A stretch of 25,431 bases of DNA from Poseidonia sp. (GCA_965661285.1 CBFIDD010000007.1:1-25431); one strand, 5' to 3'; shown: positions 7,313 to 18,106, counted from the stretch's first letter. The notes: generated from the letters alone by a model not told the origin. Program-made: numbers and translations.

Positions 7313-9517
7313 TCAGTCCTCCCCGAGTTGGCCGACTTCAATCGCCTCACGAGGGGGACCAGATTCGAAGACCTTGTCTTCGTCATCATCGCTGAGCATG
7401 ATACGCAGGGCCACCGCCAATCCACCCCACACGAAGGTGGCGACGAGCGAGAAGGTGAAGAACGCTCCAAACACGCTGCCAAAGGCTGCACGGTAGGAGA
7501 CGTCGAGGACGAAATAATCGCCGTCCGCAGGGTACTGATAGAGGTCGGCGCCACCGAGTGTCGAAACGGTCGCCTTGTAGTGGACTTCACCCACGGCCGT
7601 TTCGGAAACGGGCAGCATGGCCCGCAACAGGGTACCGTTGCCCGCTGCGAGGGAACAACCACCATCGACCATCTCCACACCTGTGCTTTCCCACGGGGTG
7701 GTGGACCACTCGCGGGGACCGAAATCGCTCTGCATGCGGCTGGGCTTGACTTGACGCCACTGGATCATGGTGTCCTTTGTGCTGTAGGGGAATTGGTTCG
7801 AGACGCAGAGTTCGATGGGAATATCGCCCTCCTCTGGGATGTCGACCATCGTGGGCTCTTTGAGGTAGTTTTGCTGTGAAATGTTGGCGATTTCCAAGTC
7901 CGCTCGCTCGCGTGGGTTATCGGCGATTTCAGCGATGTAGAAGCCAAGACCGAGGTTGCGCACGGCAATGTGGTCGATGTCTTCAGGGCGCTGGTGGAAC
8001 GCCGTACCGATTTCTGAAGTGTAGCAGTACGAGCCGTGGACGCCGTAGTGCCAGTCGCAGAAATCACCCGAAGTGGGGTAGAGCGAAGAGGATTGGAGGT
8101 TGGCGTACTGCGTCATGTCAGCCATTTGCTGCCCGTGGTACTGGAGTTGGTTGTGGTCGGGACTTTGACAGTCGGTGCAGTGGCCCCACGGCCAGAGGAT
8201 GAGTTCGGAGTAGGAGTGGTGCGTCAAGGTCGACTTGAATTCGCTGGCGCCGTCGCCCACATCGTCGTTCATTTCCGTCAAGTCTTGAATGAACTTGGTC
8301 TCGGGCTCGGAGTTTCCACCCCACCAGTCTTCGTCGGTCACACCGTCGGCATCGTCGTCCTTGCCGTCGACGTGGTCTTCGTTGATCTGCCCGTCGCCGT
8401 CGTTGTCACGGTCGTCCACCGGGCCGTTGTAGACATCGTTGTTCGACCCGTCAAGCTCGCCTTCAGCGGGCGAACAGGTTCCTGGAATCAACGGTCCCGT
8501 CGCACCCAACGGTGCGCCCCATTCGAACTGGTAATTTCGGTTGAGGTCAACACCGTCGCAGTCCTCATCCACCTCTTCTTGGAGGTCAGGAAGCGGCGTC
8601 ACGCCGGTGAAGGTGTTGTCTCGGAGATTCTTCCTCCATCCACCGCTGGGACATGATTCCCATGCGGGCGCTGGACAGAAGACCTCGCGGTCGTAGATGT
8701 TGCCGTCAACGTTGAGCATGGGGATGATGTAGATCTCACGCGAGTTTACGAGGTCGGTAATCCACTGTTCAGAGTAATCCTCGTCCACGCCAAGGTCGCC
8801 GGGACCACAGTTGGTGCCGTCGCCGTTGGAATCCTGATATTCCGTAGCGAGCGCAAGACAGTCGCCGTCGTCGTCAAGTTGGCCGTCGCCGTTGGCGTCG
8901 CCCCAGGTGTCTTCGTCGACGAGCCCGTCGCCATCGTTATCGTAGCCGATGTTGTTGTAGGAGAAGGCGATGACTTCCAGTTGCATCATCGGTACCTGGT
9001 AGGACATCCACTCACGGGCGTGGTGGTTGCCGACGATCATCACGTCGTGTCGGTCGGGGTAGTTTCCAGTATCGCCTACAAAGTCGTTGTAGTCGCCACC
9101 CTGCACGTCAGCCGTGACTTTTATCCACGGAGAGGCGTGACCGTAATACCAACCTTCGTAGGCGTCGGCCGTCACTTCTTCACCGCGGGCATTGGTGCCG
9201 CCGTTCATGCCCTCGTAGAACGCAAAGATATCGGAATGGTCCTCGGCGAGCCGCATCATGCGTGTTTTCAGCGTCTCGTAGGTGTGGTACTGCTTGAACT
9301 GCAAAATTTCGTCGTTGGCTGGCGCCCATGGGAAAATCATGTTGATGTAATCGTCCGACCAAATGTCTTCGGGTGCATCGCCCGTGGCGGGTTCCTGAGC
9401 GTAGGCGTTCTCGGCAACCGGAGCGGCAAAGGAAAGCAGCAACGGGAGGACGATAAGAAAGCCCAGCGTTGGGCGAGGAGCGGTGGAGCGAAGAGCAACG
9501 GGCGCGGCTGACATCAT
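7313..9517 (-). CDS. Membrane-anchored extracellular M14 zinc carboxypeptidase
   Basis: Signal peptide; motifs HHAREW (HxxE), PMLNVDG, WRKN, GVDLNRNY, SEPET, HSYSE, SGDFCDW, TSEIG; Asp-rich DxDGDG inserts; C-terminal TM helix. Confidence 0.92.
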   Translation of the reverse strand: MMSAAPVALRSTAPRPTLGFLIVLPLLLSFAAPVAENAYAQEPATGDAPEDIWSDDYINMIFPWAPANDEILQFKQYHTYETLKTRMMRLAEDHSDIFAFYEGMNGGTNARGEEVTADAYEGWYYGHASPWIKVTADVQGGDYNDFVGDTGNYPDRHDVMIVGNHHAREWMSYQVPMMQLEVIAFSYNNIGYDNDGDGLVDEDTWGDANGDGQLDDDGDCLALATEYQDSNGDGTNCGPGDLGVDEDYSEQWITDLVNSREIYIIPMLNVDGNIYDREVFCPAPAWESCPSGGWRKNLRDNTFTGVTPLPDLQEEVDEDCDGVDLNRNYQFEWGAPLGATGPLIPGTCSPAEGELDGSNNDVYNGPVDDRDNDGDGQINEDHVDGKDDDADGVTDEDWWGGNSEPETKFIQDLTEMNDDVGDGASEFKSTLTHHSYSELILWPWGHCTDCQSPDHNQLQYHGQQMADMTQYANLQSSSLYPTSGDFCDWHYGVHGSYCYTSEIGTAFHQRPEDIDHIAVRNLGLGFYIAEIADNPRERADLEIANISQQNYLKEPTMVDIPEEGDIPIELCVSNQFPYSTKDTMIQWRQVKPSRMQSDFGPREWSTTPWESTGVEMVDGGCSLAAGNGTLLRAMLPVSETAVGEVHYKATVSTLGGADLYQYPADGDYFVLDVSYRAAFGSVFGAFFTFSLVATFVWGGLAVALRIMLSDDDEDKVFESGPPREAIEVGQLGED

Positions 9518-9651
9518 GCTATCGTTTGGCCGACGCCGTTTCAGTTCTTCAAGCGTTCGTGCAGGTGGATGTGGGCCTACAGCCCATGAGCAGGCCGAAA
9601 AACCTGCTTTGGAAGGGCAAAAAACTACTCAAATGACCCGGTGCGGCTACC

Positions 9652-10761
9652 ATGGACGGCCTATGGAACCCCGCTGCTGACTCGGCCTTGCGCGACGAGA
9701 TGTTCGGCTTCACCACCTACACCTTGCTGGCGCTGCTCGGCCTTGTGGGGATGATCGTGCTCGTTCGCTTGCTGGCCATGCGTTTTGGCCCGACCGTCTT
9801 GGGAACCATCATCCGTTCGGAAGCCATCAAGGGCAAAACCGTTCGAGATTCCGACAAGGCCTTGGGTACCGCTGTTGGGGTTGGTTTGGCGTATTTCCTC
9901 GTCACCGTCATGATCGACGACATGGAGCGTCTGGATTCACCGATTCTGATGCCGGATGTGGCGGTGAGTTTCCTCCCCGGCATCATGCAGTTCATCGTCG
10001 CCATCGCCGTGGTCGTGTGGGCCTTCCGACTGGTCAACATCGTTCAGGACATCGTGATGATGTTCGATACCGACGACCAAATGGACGGCACGGAAAAGAC
10101 CCTCATCTCTGCCCTGCAGAGCGTTCTTCGCTTCCTCATCATCTTCGTCGGTGCTGTCTTTGTCGCCGATTCAATGGGCTTTGACCTGACCTCACTGATC
10201 GCCGGGCTCGGTATCTCCGGACTCGCCCTTGCACTCGCGGCCAAGGATTCCATCTCCAACTTTTTCGGCGCCATCACGGTGCTGCTCGACCGACCGTTCA
10301 AGGTGGGCGATTGGATCAGTGTCGGTGCAGCAGAAGGTGAGGTCATCGAAATCAACCTGCGTACCACCCTGATTCGAACCTCAGCCGACACCATCATCAC
10401 CATGCCCAACGCCAGTCTGGTCAACACCCCCGTTGAAAACTGGGGCAAGCGACGGTGGCGCCGTTGGCAGACCCAACTCCATCTCGATATCAACGCCGAC
10501 GGTGACGCGGTGAACGCGTTTTGCGAGCGCGTGCTCAAGACGATTGAAGACCACCCCAAGACGCTCAAAGAAGACGCCTCGTTCTGTCAGGTCAGCATGA
10601 TTTCAGCCACGTCGCTTGATGTTGACCTCAACCTCTACTGGGACGTTTCGGGCCTTGTGGAGGAGCGTCAAGAACGCGCCAAACTCATCATCGACCTCAA
10701 GAACATCGCCGAAGACCTCGGCATTGAGTTCTACGACGGCCGTGTTCGCCAGCAGCGCTGA
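9652..10761 (+). CDS. mscS: Small-conductance mechanosensitive channel (MscS family)
   Basis: Motifs AGLGISGLALALAAKDSISNFFG, DRPFKVGDWI, G-V-EINLRTT, MPN. Confidence 0.93.
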   Translation: MDGLWNPAADSALRDEMFGFTTYTLLALLGLVGMIVLVRLLAMRFGPTVLGTIIRSEAIKGKTVRDSDKALGTAVGVGLAYFLVTVMIDDMERLDSPILMPDVAVSFLPGIMQFIVAIAVVVWAFRLVNIVQDIVMMFDTDDQMDGTEKTLISALQSVLRFLIIFVGAVFVADSMGFDLTSLIAGLGISGLALALAAKDSISNFFGAITVLLDRPFKVGDWISVGAAEGEVIEINLRTTLIRTSADTIITMPNASLVNTPVENWGKRRWRRWQTQLHLDINADGDAVNAFCERVLKTIEDHPKTLKEDASFCQVSMISATSLDVDLNLYWDVSGLVEERQERAKLIIDLKNIAEDLGIEFYDGRVRQQR

Positions 10762-10762
10762 A

Positions 10763-11959
10763 TCAAAACGGCGGCGGCATGCGTCGCTGATGAACGAAAT
10801 GAGCGGCCAGTGCCACACCCGCCGAACCGAGGACAAAGGGAATTTGGACGGGTCCCGAGCCGAGGAGGGCCGCTGCAATCGCAGCCCACATTCCGCCCCG
10901 ACGGACGGCATGAACGGTGCGCAATTCACCGAGTCGAGCCTGAATGCGAGAAACATCGAACAGCCAGCGGTCGCATTGGTCAGCCTGCTGTTGCAGACCG
11001 TAGGCGCGAGCCTCGGCCAACATCAAAAGCATGGCTTCGTAGCGCCAGATCCACACCCCGCCATTGGCGGTTGAGAGGCTGGCGCTCGACGTCCACGAAG
11101 CGGGAACAACCGCCCCCCATGCCCGGTAAAACGCCGCTCGTGATTCAGGCATGGCAAAGCCCTCCATCATCGAAAGGCGCTGTTCAAACATGGCGATGGA
11201 CGAGACGCCCGGGAGGCGTTCACTCGGGGCCAACAGGTGGTCGACCAGGGAGCGAGGACGAGGAACGAGCGCCATGTTCCCGTCAGCATTTGCGACCACA
11301 CCATCGAGTGAGAAATGCGTCGCCGGCAGCCCGACCACGTGCTTGGTGTGCGGGGCTCGCCAGAGGGTGGTGGTCTTGAGTTGGTCTTCGATGGCCTTGA
11401 GGCGCTCGTTCCAGCGGCGCTCCGTGTTCGGCGTGGCGTGGGCAACGAACGCAGCGTGGACACCCGCAGCGGTCCGGACAAGGTCGTGGGGACGTTGTGC
11501 CACGGCTTCGGTGGACAAGCACGTGTGCAACTCAAAAACTACAACTTGGTCGCCGTGCTCGTTTTTCTGCCCCGCTACGGGAAGGACGATTGGAGCATCG
11601 GCCAGCGCATTCGCCCAGGGGTCAAACAGGGCGAGCGTGGAAACATCTGTTCCCGTTTGGAGAGGAGAGAGGCACGCCGTCCATGTTCCGTTGAGGTGAA
11701 CGGTCACGCCGGAGCGGTGCTCAGCGACGACCTCAACCGAGGTGATGGTTGCTGGCCACTGACCCCAGCGGCCGCTTTGGTCCCGATTCCACCAGTCTGG
11801 ATTCAATGCATGCGTGTGGTCCCAGCCGTAGAGACGGCCCCAAGGCGAAGGCAAACCTTCTGCGAAGGTGGTCGGGTCGCAGGGGCGGTCAACCAAAGCG
11901 TGCGGAAACCACGGCGGATGAACAGCGGGTTGCGCCGAAGAATCGGTGGTCGCTGCCAT
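10763..11959 (-). CDS. Hypothetical protein with C-terminal TM hairpin (possibly degenerate APH/kinase-like fold)
   Basis: 398-aa ORF filling the gap between mscS and uppS. TTGAAG at -28 of the ATG and two hydrophobic C-terminal segments. Confidence 0.72.
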   Translation of the reverse strand: MAATTDSSAQPAVHPPWFPHALVDRPCDPTTFAEGLPSPWGRLYGWDHTHALNPDWWNRDQSGRWGQWPATITSVEVVAEHRSGVTVHLNGTWTACLSPLQTGTDVSTLALFDPWANALADAPIVLPVAGQKNEHGDQVVVFELHTCLSTEAVAQRPHDLVRTAAGVHAAFVAHATPNTERRWNERLKAIEDQLKTTTLWRAPHTKHVVGLPATHFSLDGVVANADGNMALVPRPRSLVDHLLAPSERLPGVSSIAMFEQRLSMMEGFAMPESRAAFYRAWGAVVPASWTSSASLSTANGGVWIWRYEAMLLMLAEARAYGLQQQADQCDRWLFDVSRIQARLGELRTVHAVRRGGMWAAIAAALLGSGPVQIPFVLGSAGVALAAHFVHQRRMPPPF

Positions 11960-12064
11960 GTTCCACCGAAGAACCGTTGCCCTTCAAACATGACGGAACG
12001 GGCGTTGCCTTGAGAGGGGAGCAATCAAACACCGTATGCACTCACGGACAGGCGGAGGGCGACC

Positions 12065-14184
<2,120 letters not shown>

Positions 14185-14973
14185 TCATTCGGCCTCCTGT
14201 ACGTCGTGGTGGTGGTGAGCATGGCCGTGAACAGGCTCGATACCGCGCAGATTGGCAAGTTCTTCAAGTCCCGGAAACGCGTCGGTAGCCCCGTCAAAAC
14301 GGACGGTCTCTTCGAGGTAGATCATGCGATGAGCGGTTTGGCGAATAGCGGCCAAATCGTGTGAGACCATCAAAATGGTCTTGCCTTCGTTGTGGCAGAG
14401 TTCGTCAAGCAGTTTCAGCAATGCATTTCGTGACGGCCGGTCAATACCGACCAGCGGCTCGTCGAGAAGGATGAATTCGGCTTCCGAGGCCAGGGCACGA
14501 GCGATGACCGCACGCTGACGTTGACCGCCCGAAAGACGACCAACATCCTTGTGTTGAACGCCTTCCAGACCCACCATGCGAATGGCTTCCTGCACGCGTT
14601 GCTGTCGCTTTGTGTCAAAGAAACTGAACATGTTGGAGACGTTCACCGTGCCCAATCGAACCAACTCGTTGACCGTCAATCGGATGTCCTTCGGAAGATT
14701 GGCAGCCGCTTGCGATACCCAACCGATCTTCCCAAAAAATTCCCGGGTTGACGGGGGTTGACCGTACAGGGAGACCGTTCCTTCCCGTGTCTTCAGCTCG
14801 CCCAGGATGGTCAGCAAAAGCGTCGATTTACCGCTCCCATTTGGCCCGACAATGCCAACGAATTCCCCACGCTCAATTCGGAGATTGATGTTGTTGAGCA
14901 CCTGAGCACCGGCGCGACTCACCGAAACATCCCGAACATCGAGAATGGGTGCCGTAGCGCTGGATTTTGCCAT
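14185..14973 (-). CDS. znuC: Metal ABC transporter ATPase (ZnuC-like) with His-rich tail
   Basis: Walker A GPNGSGKS, LSGGQRQR, LLDEP, VSHD; C-terminal HGHAHHHH. Confidence 0.93.
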   Translation of the reverse strand: MAKSSATAPILDVRDVSVSRAGAQVLNNINLRIERGEFVGIVGPNGSGKSTLLLTILGELKTREGTVSLYGQPPSTREFFGKIGWVSQAAANLPKDIRLTVNELVRLGTVNVSNMFSFFDTKRQQRVQEAIRMVGLEGVQHKDVGRLSGGQRQRAVIARALASEAEFILLDEPLVGIDRPSRNALLKLLDELCHNEGKTILMVSHDLAAIRQTAHRMIYLEETVRFDGATDAFPGLEELANLRGIEPVHGHAHHHHDVQEAE

Positions 14974-15011
14974 GACGCCATCCCACCCAACATGTACGTG
15001 GAGGCCTGTGT

Positions 15012-15113
15012 TTAAACCAACTTCGCCTTGAAATATGACACAAACAAACGGCCGGTGAGGACGACGAAGACCCCGCCGACAAACAGGAGAGGAACGAGAT
15101 CTGATTCATGCAT
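15012..15113 (-). CDS. Putative 33-aa single-pass membrane peptide (MHESDLVPLLFVGGVFVVLTGRLFVSYFKAKLV)
   Basis: Translated by hand. Strong SD GGGAGGAGGG 7 nt before ATG, hydrophobic core followed by basic residues, located between znuA and znuC. Confidence 0.55.
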   Translation of the reverse strand: MHESDLVPLLFVGGVFVVLTGRLFVSYFKAKLV

Positions 15114-15153
15114 GCCTCTACCCTCCTCCCTGTTTTTTCGGTCAACCCCGGAT

Positions 15154-17589
15154 TCAGCACCCTAGCCCGGTCTTCAGGTTCTCGAGGTTCTTGTTCATCA
15201 GCGAGAGATAATCATCCGAGCCATCCATTGGCGCCATTTCCATCGTGTAAAGCGTCAGCACGGAGACACCGTCGGGGAGATCGTCGGACACCGTTTGCTG
15301 CACCAAACTGGCCACAGCGTCGGCATTGGTGTACTCTTCAACATAGAAGACCGTAATCCCGTCTTCGTTGATTCGCTCCACCGCTTCAGCGATGTCGTCT
15401 GCTGAAGGCTCGCCTTCAGGGTCAAGTCCGTGGACGGTGACAAAGTCGAGTTCGTAGCGTTCGGCCATATAAGCGTAGGCATTGTGGTTGCTGACCACCG
15501 TGTTGGCTGAACAGGTGCCGTTCTCGCCGAAAGCAGCGTCAAATCCACTGTCGAGGGCGTCCAGTTCAGCGAGGTAAGCATCGGCGTTGGCTCGGAATGT
15601 GTCTGCACCGTCAGGGAAAGCCGTGCTCATCACGCCGACAACGACTTCGATTTGCTCCTTGAACGCCAATGGGTCAAGCCAGCTGTGTGGGTCGTAAGCC
15701 AGTGCTTCTTCGTCGCTGTGATCGTCGTGGTCGCCTTCCTCATCGTGGTCGCCTTCCTCGTCGTGGTCGCCTTCCTCATCATGGTCGCCTTCCTCATCAT
15801 GGTCGCCTTCCTCGTCGTGGCCATGGTCGTGGCCCGCATGGTCGGATTCGGAGAGAACGTGAAGCATAACGCCCGCAGGTAGGGCAACACCGTATTCGCC
15901 TTCTTCTTCAACGTGGAGGCCGATGAAGGCAATGCCCTCTTCGTAGTGGTCGTCGTCTTCGTCCATCATCTCGAACATCATCTCGACTTCTGAAGCGTTG
16001 AGGAAGCTATCGCTGTTGGCGTCGCTCATGTTGAACATCATGTGCATCATGCCTTCCATGAGTTCTTCCTCGGCCGATTCGTTGTCGTCGTAGGTTTCGT
16101 TGTCATCGTGGTGATCATGCTCCATGCCCATCATTTCGGAGAATTCCTCAAAAGAAAGCGCACTGTCGTTGTCTTCGTCAAATGCGCCAACAATGAATTC
16201 GCCAGATGGCATGCCCATGTCATCATCTTCCATGGCATCGATGTCTTCAATGAAGTGTTCCAATTCCTCAAGGGAGAGGCCCCCGCTGTTGTCAGCGTCC
16301 GATTCGTTGAACATTGTCATCAACATCTCAGCCATGTATTCTTCCATGACTTCTTCGAGCGGAGAGTGCTCCTCCTCGTGGTCGTGGTCGTCGTGATCGC
16401 CGTCGGTTTCATTTTCATCATGCTCGCCCTCTTCGTCGTCGTGGTCATCGTCGCCTTCCATGTTCCATGCCACCCAGAACTCGTCCCAGGAGAGGCTGCT
16501 GTCGTTGTTCGTGTCGAATTGTGACATGGCCTCTTCGGGCGTCATGTCGTCGTCGTGGTCGTCGTGCTCTTCCTCCATCCACATGTAGCCAGCTGCTTCG
16601 CAGTCTTCCTCGTTCTCGTACTCGTCGTGGTTCTCATGCGTGCTCATGTCGTGGCAACCGCCGTCGTGGTCGTCGTGCTCTTCTTCCATCCACATGTAGC
16701 CAGCTGCTTCGCAGTCTTCCTCGTTCTCGTACTCGTCGTGGTTCTCATGCGTGCTCATGTCGTGGCAAACACCGTGCTCATCGCCGTGTTCGTCGCCGTG
16801 GTCATGGTGGTGGGGGTGAGCACCTCCCATGGCAGCGATGGCCATGCGGAAGGTCTCCATGTCTTCAGCCTCAAATTCAAGCATGTATTCACCCTCTTCA
16901 AGATGGTAAACGTAAATCATCGTGCCTGAAGGGCAGCCCTCGCCGTTCTCGATGGTCTCTTCAGCCGAAACCAGGCCTTCTTCGCCGTGGTCATGGCCGT
17001 CGTGGCCGTCCTCGTCGTGGTCGCCTTCCTCGTCGTGGTGGTCCTCGTCGTGGTCGCCTTCCTCATCGTGGTGGTCTTCAGGGAAACCCAGGTTGTAGGT
17101 GCCGTCTTCGCCGTGAAGTTCACCGGCGTCTTCGGCGTGCTCAGCGAGCATGTGGATGTCCTCCGTTGCTGGACCGGTCAGCGATACGCAGAGGTCTTCA
17201 ACCATCATGGATTCGTAGTCAAGGTTTTCTTCGCCAGAGGGAAGAGCGTGCGTTGAGGTGGCGAGCGGCGCATCGGCTCCCATGGCGTCGAGCGCATCCT
17301 CAACCCACGGTTCAAGTCCGAGCCCGTGGTAAAAGAAGAGGTCAGCCGATTGAAGTCGAATCAAGTCTTGTGCAGATGGTTCATAATCGTGAACGGGAAT
17401 GTTGTCGCTGCTGATCATCTCAACGTCAACAAGGTCGCCGCCAACGGCGCTGACCATTTGTTCAATGTGGTAGGTCGAGACGATCACCGTGCCGCCGTCA
17501 TTGAGGTCTTCGCTCCCAAGGCAGCCTGCGAGGCTTGCAAGAATCATCATCAAGGCTGCAAAAATGGCACGGTTTGACTTTTGGCTCAT
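15154..17589 (-). CDS. znuA: Giant ZnuA/AdcA-type (cluster A-I) metal-binding lipoprotein, 811 aa, with His-rich and EF-hand insertion
   Basis: Start MSQKSNR with lipobox LAGC. Ligand motifs PVHDYEPS, DPHSWLDP, SNHNAYAY, plus GLDPEGEPS. The insertion of ~500 aa sits at the usual His-loop position. Confidence 0.9.
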   Translation of the reverse strand: MSQKSNRAIFAALMMILASLAGCLGSEDLNDGGTVIVSTYHIEQMVSAVGGDLVDVEMISSDNIPVHDYEPSAQDLIRLQSADLFFYHGLGLEPWVEDALDAMGADAPLATSTHALPSGEENLDYESMMVEDLCVSLTGPATEDIHMLAEHAEDAGELHGEDGTYNLGFPEDHHDEEGDHDEDHHDEEGDHDEDGHDGHDHGEEGLVSAEETIENGEGCPSGTMIYVYHLEEGEYMLEFEAEDMETFRMAIAAMGGAHPHHHDHGDEHGDEHGVCHDMSTHENHDEYENEEDCEAAGYMWMEEEHDDHDGGCHDMSTHENHDEYENEEDCEAAGYMWMEEEHDDHDDDMTPEEAMSQFDTNNDSSLSWDEFWVAWNMEGDDDHDDEEGEHDENETDGDHDDHDHEEEHSPLEEVMEEYMAEMLMTMFNESDADNSGGLSLEELEHFIEDIDAMEDDDMGMPSGEFIVGAFDEDNDSALSFEEFSEMMGMEHDHHDDNETYDDNESAEEELMEGMMHMMFNMSDANSDSFLNASEVEMMFEMMDEDDDHYEEGIAFIGLHVEEEGEYGVALPAGVMLHVLSESDHAGHDHGHDEEGDHDEEGDHDEEGDHDEEGDHDEEGDHDDHSDEEALAYDPHSWLDPLAFKEQIEVVVGVMSTAFPDGADTFRANADAYLAELDALDSGFDAAFGENGTCSANTVVSNHNAYAYMAERYELDFVTVHGLDPEGEPSADDIAEAVERINEDGITVFYVEEYTNADAVASLVQQTVSDDLPDGVSVLTLYTMEMAPMDGSDDYLSLMNKNLENLKTGLGC
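15725..15820. repeat. 18-bp tandem repeat x5 encoding (HDEEGD)n in znuA
   Basis: Unit tcRtggtcgccttcctcR starts at 15725, 15743, 15761, 15779 and 15797. Confidence 0.95.
16551..16768. repeat. 111-bp near-perfect tandem duplication encoding CHDMSTHENHDEYENEEDCEAAGYMWMEEEHDDHD
   Basis: Copies start at 16551 and 16662 and are nearly identical at DNA level. Confidence 0.95.
16986..17078. repeat. His/acidic coding repeats (HHDEEGDHDED x2, 33-bp unit, followed by GHD repeats) in znuA
   Basis: Translation EDHHDEEGDHDEDHHDEEGDHDEDGHDGHDH; boundaries approximate. Confidence 0.85.
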
Positions 17590-17603
17590 GTCTTTCGCTT
17601 TGC

Positions 17604-17654
17604 TATTACATATATAACAAATACTAATAATTAGAAACCTAGAAATTATTATGA
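17604..17654. promoter_or_regulatory. Divergent znuA/nikR promoters with two overlapping inverted repeats (putative operators)
   Basis: Very AT-rich spacer. TATTA-N16-TAATA (17604-17629) encloses the znuA TATA box (TTATATAT on - strand, 17610-17617). Perfect TAATAATT-N11-AATTATTA (17625-17651) overlaps TTATGA at -28 of the regulator ATG. Confidence 0.7.
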
Positions 17655-17676
17655 ATGAGTGCCCGCAGGGGGAAAC

Positions 17677-18102
17677 ATGAGCAAAATCATCTCGTTCAGC
17701 GTGGACGATGAGTTCGCAGGCGGACTTGAGGGCCTGATGGCGACGGCGGGCTACCAAAATCGGAGTCGATTCCTTCGAGACGCGGCCACCGCCTTCGCAG
17801 AAATGAAAGGACGAGGGGAACTGAACGACATGAGCGATGAGGAAGTGGTGGAAGGACACCTCATCGTCTATTATCAGCACGACGCCGAGGGCAAACTCCT
17901 CGAAGTTCGACACTCGGACCAACTGAACATCACCTCCTACAACCACAGTTGCCTTGCGCACAGTCACACCTGCGTTGACGTGCTCCATGCCATCGGCACG
18001 GCAAGCCGATTCCGAACCACCATCGAAACGATTCAAAACACACCCAACGTGGACAAAGTCACCTTCACCGCAGCACCGCTGCGAGACGAAGGGTGCTGCT
18101 GA
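17677..18102 (+). CDS. nikR: NikR-family ribbon-helix-helix metalloregulator
   Basis: RHH N-terminus (KIISFSVD...GYQNRSRFLRDA) and ACT-like C-terminus (GHLIVYYQH...EVRH...NHSCLAHSHTCVDV). ATG at 17677 preferred over GTG at 17659. Confidence 0.85.
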   Translation: MSKIISFSVDDEFAGGLEGLMATAGYQNRSRFLRDAATAFAEMKGRGELNDMSDEEVVEGHLIVYYQHDAEGKLLEVRHSDQLNITSYNHSCLAHSHTCVDVLHAIGTASRFRTTIETIQNTPNVDKVTFTAAPLRDEGCC

Positions 18103-18106
18103 ATCA

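Noticed and set aside
5363-7879. Long + strand ORFs (272 aa and 562 aa) and similar antisense ORFs over ftsZ, PMM and znuA
   Set aside because: These are shadow frames of well-supported genes, expected with high GC3 codon bias, and carry no recognisable motifs.
15725-16768. Repeats as a CRISPR array
   Set aside because: They are head-to-tail in-frame coding repeats with no unique spacers, and no cas genes are present.
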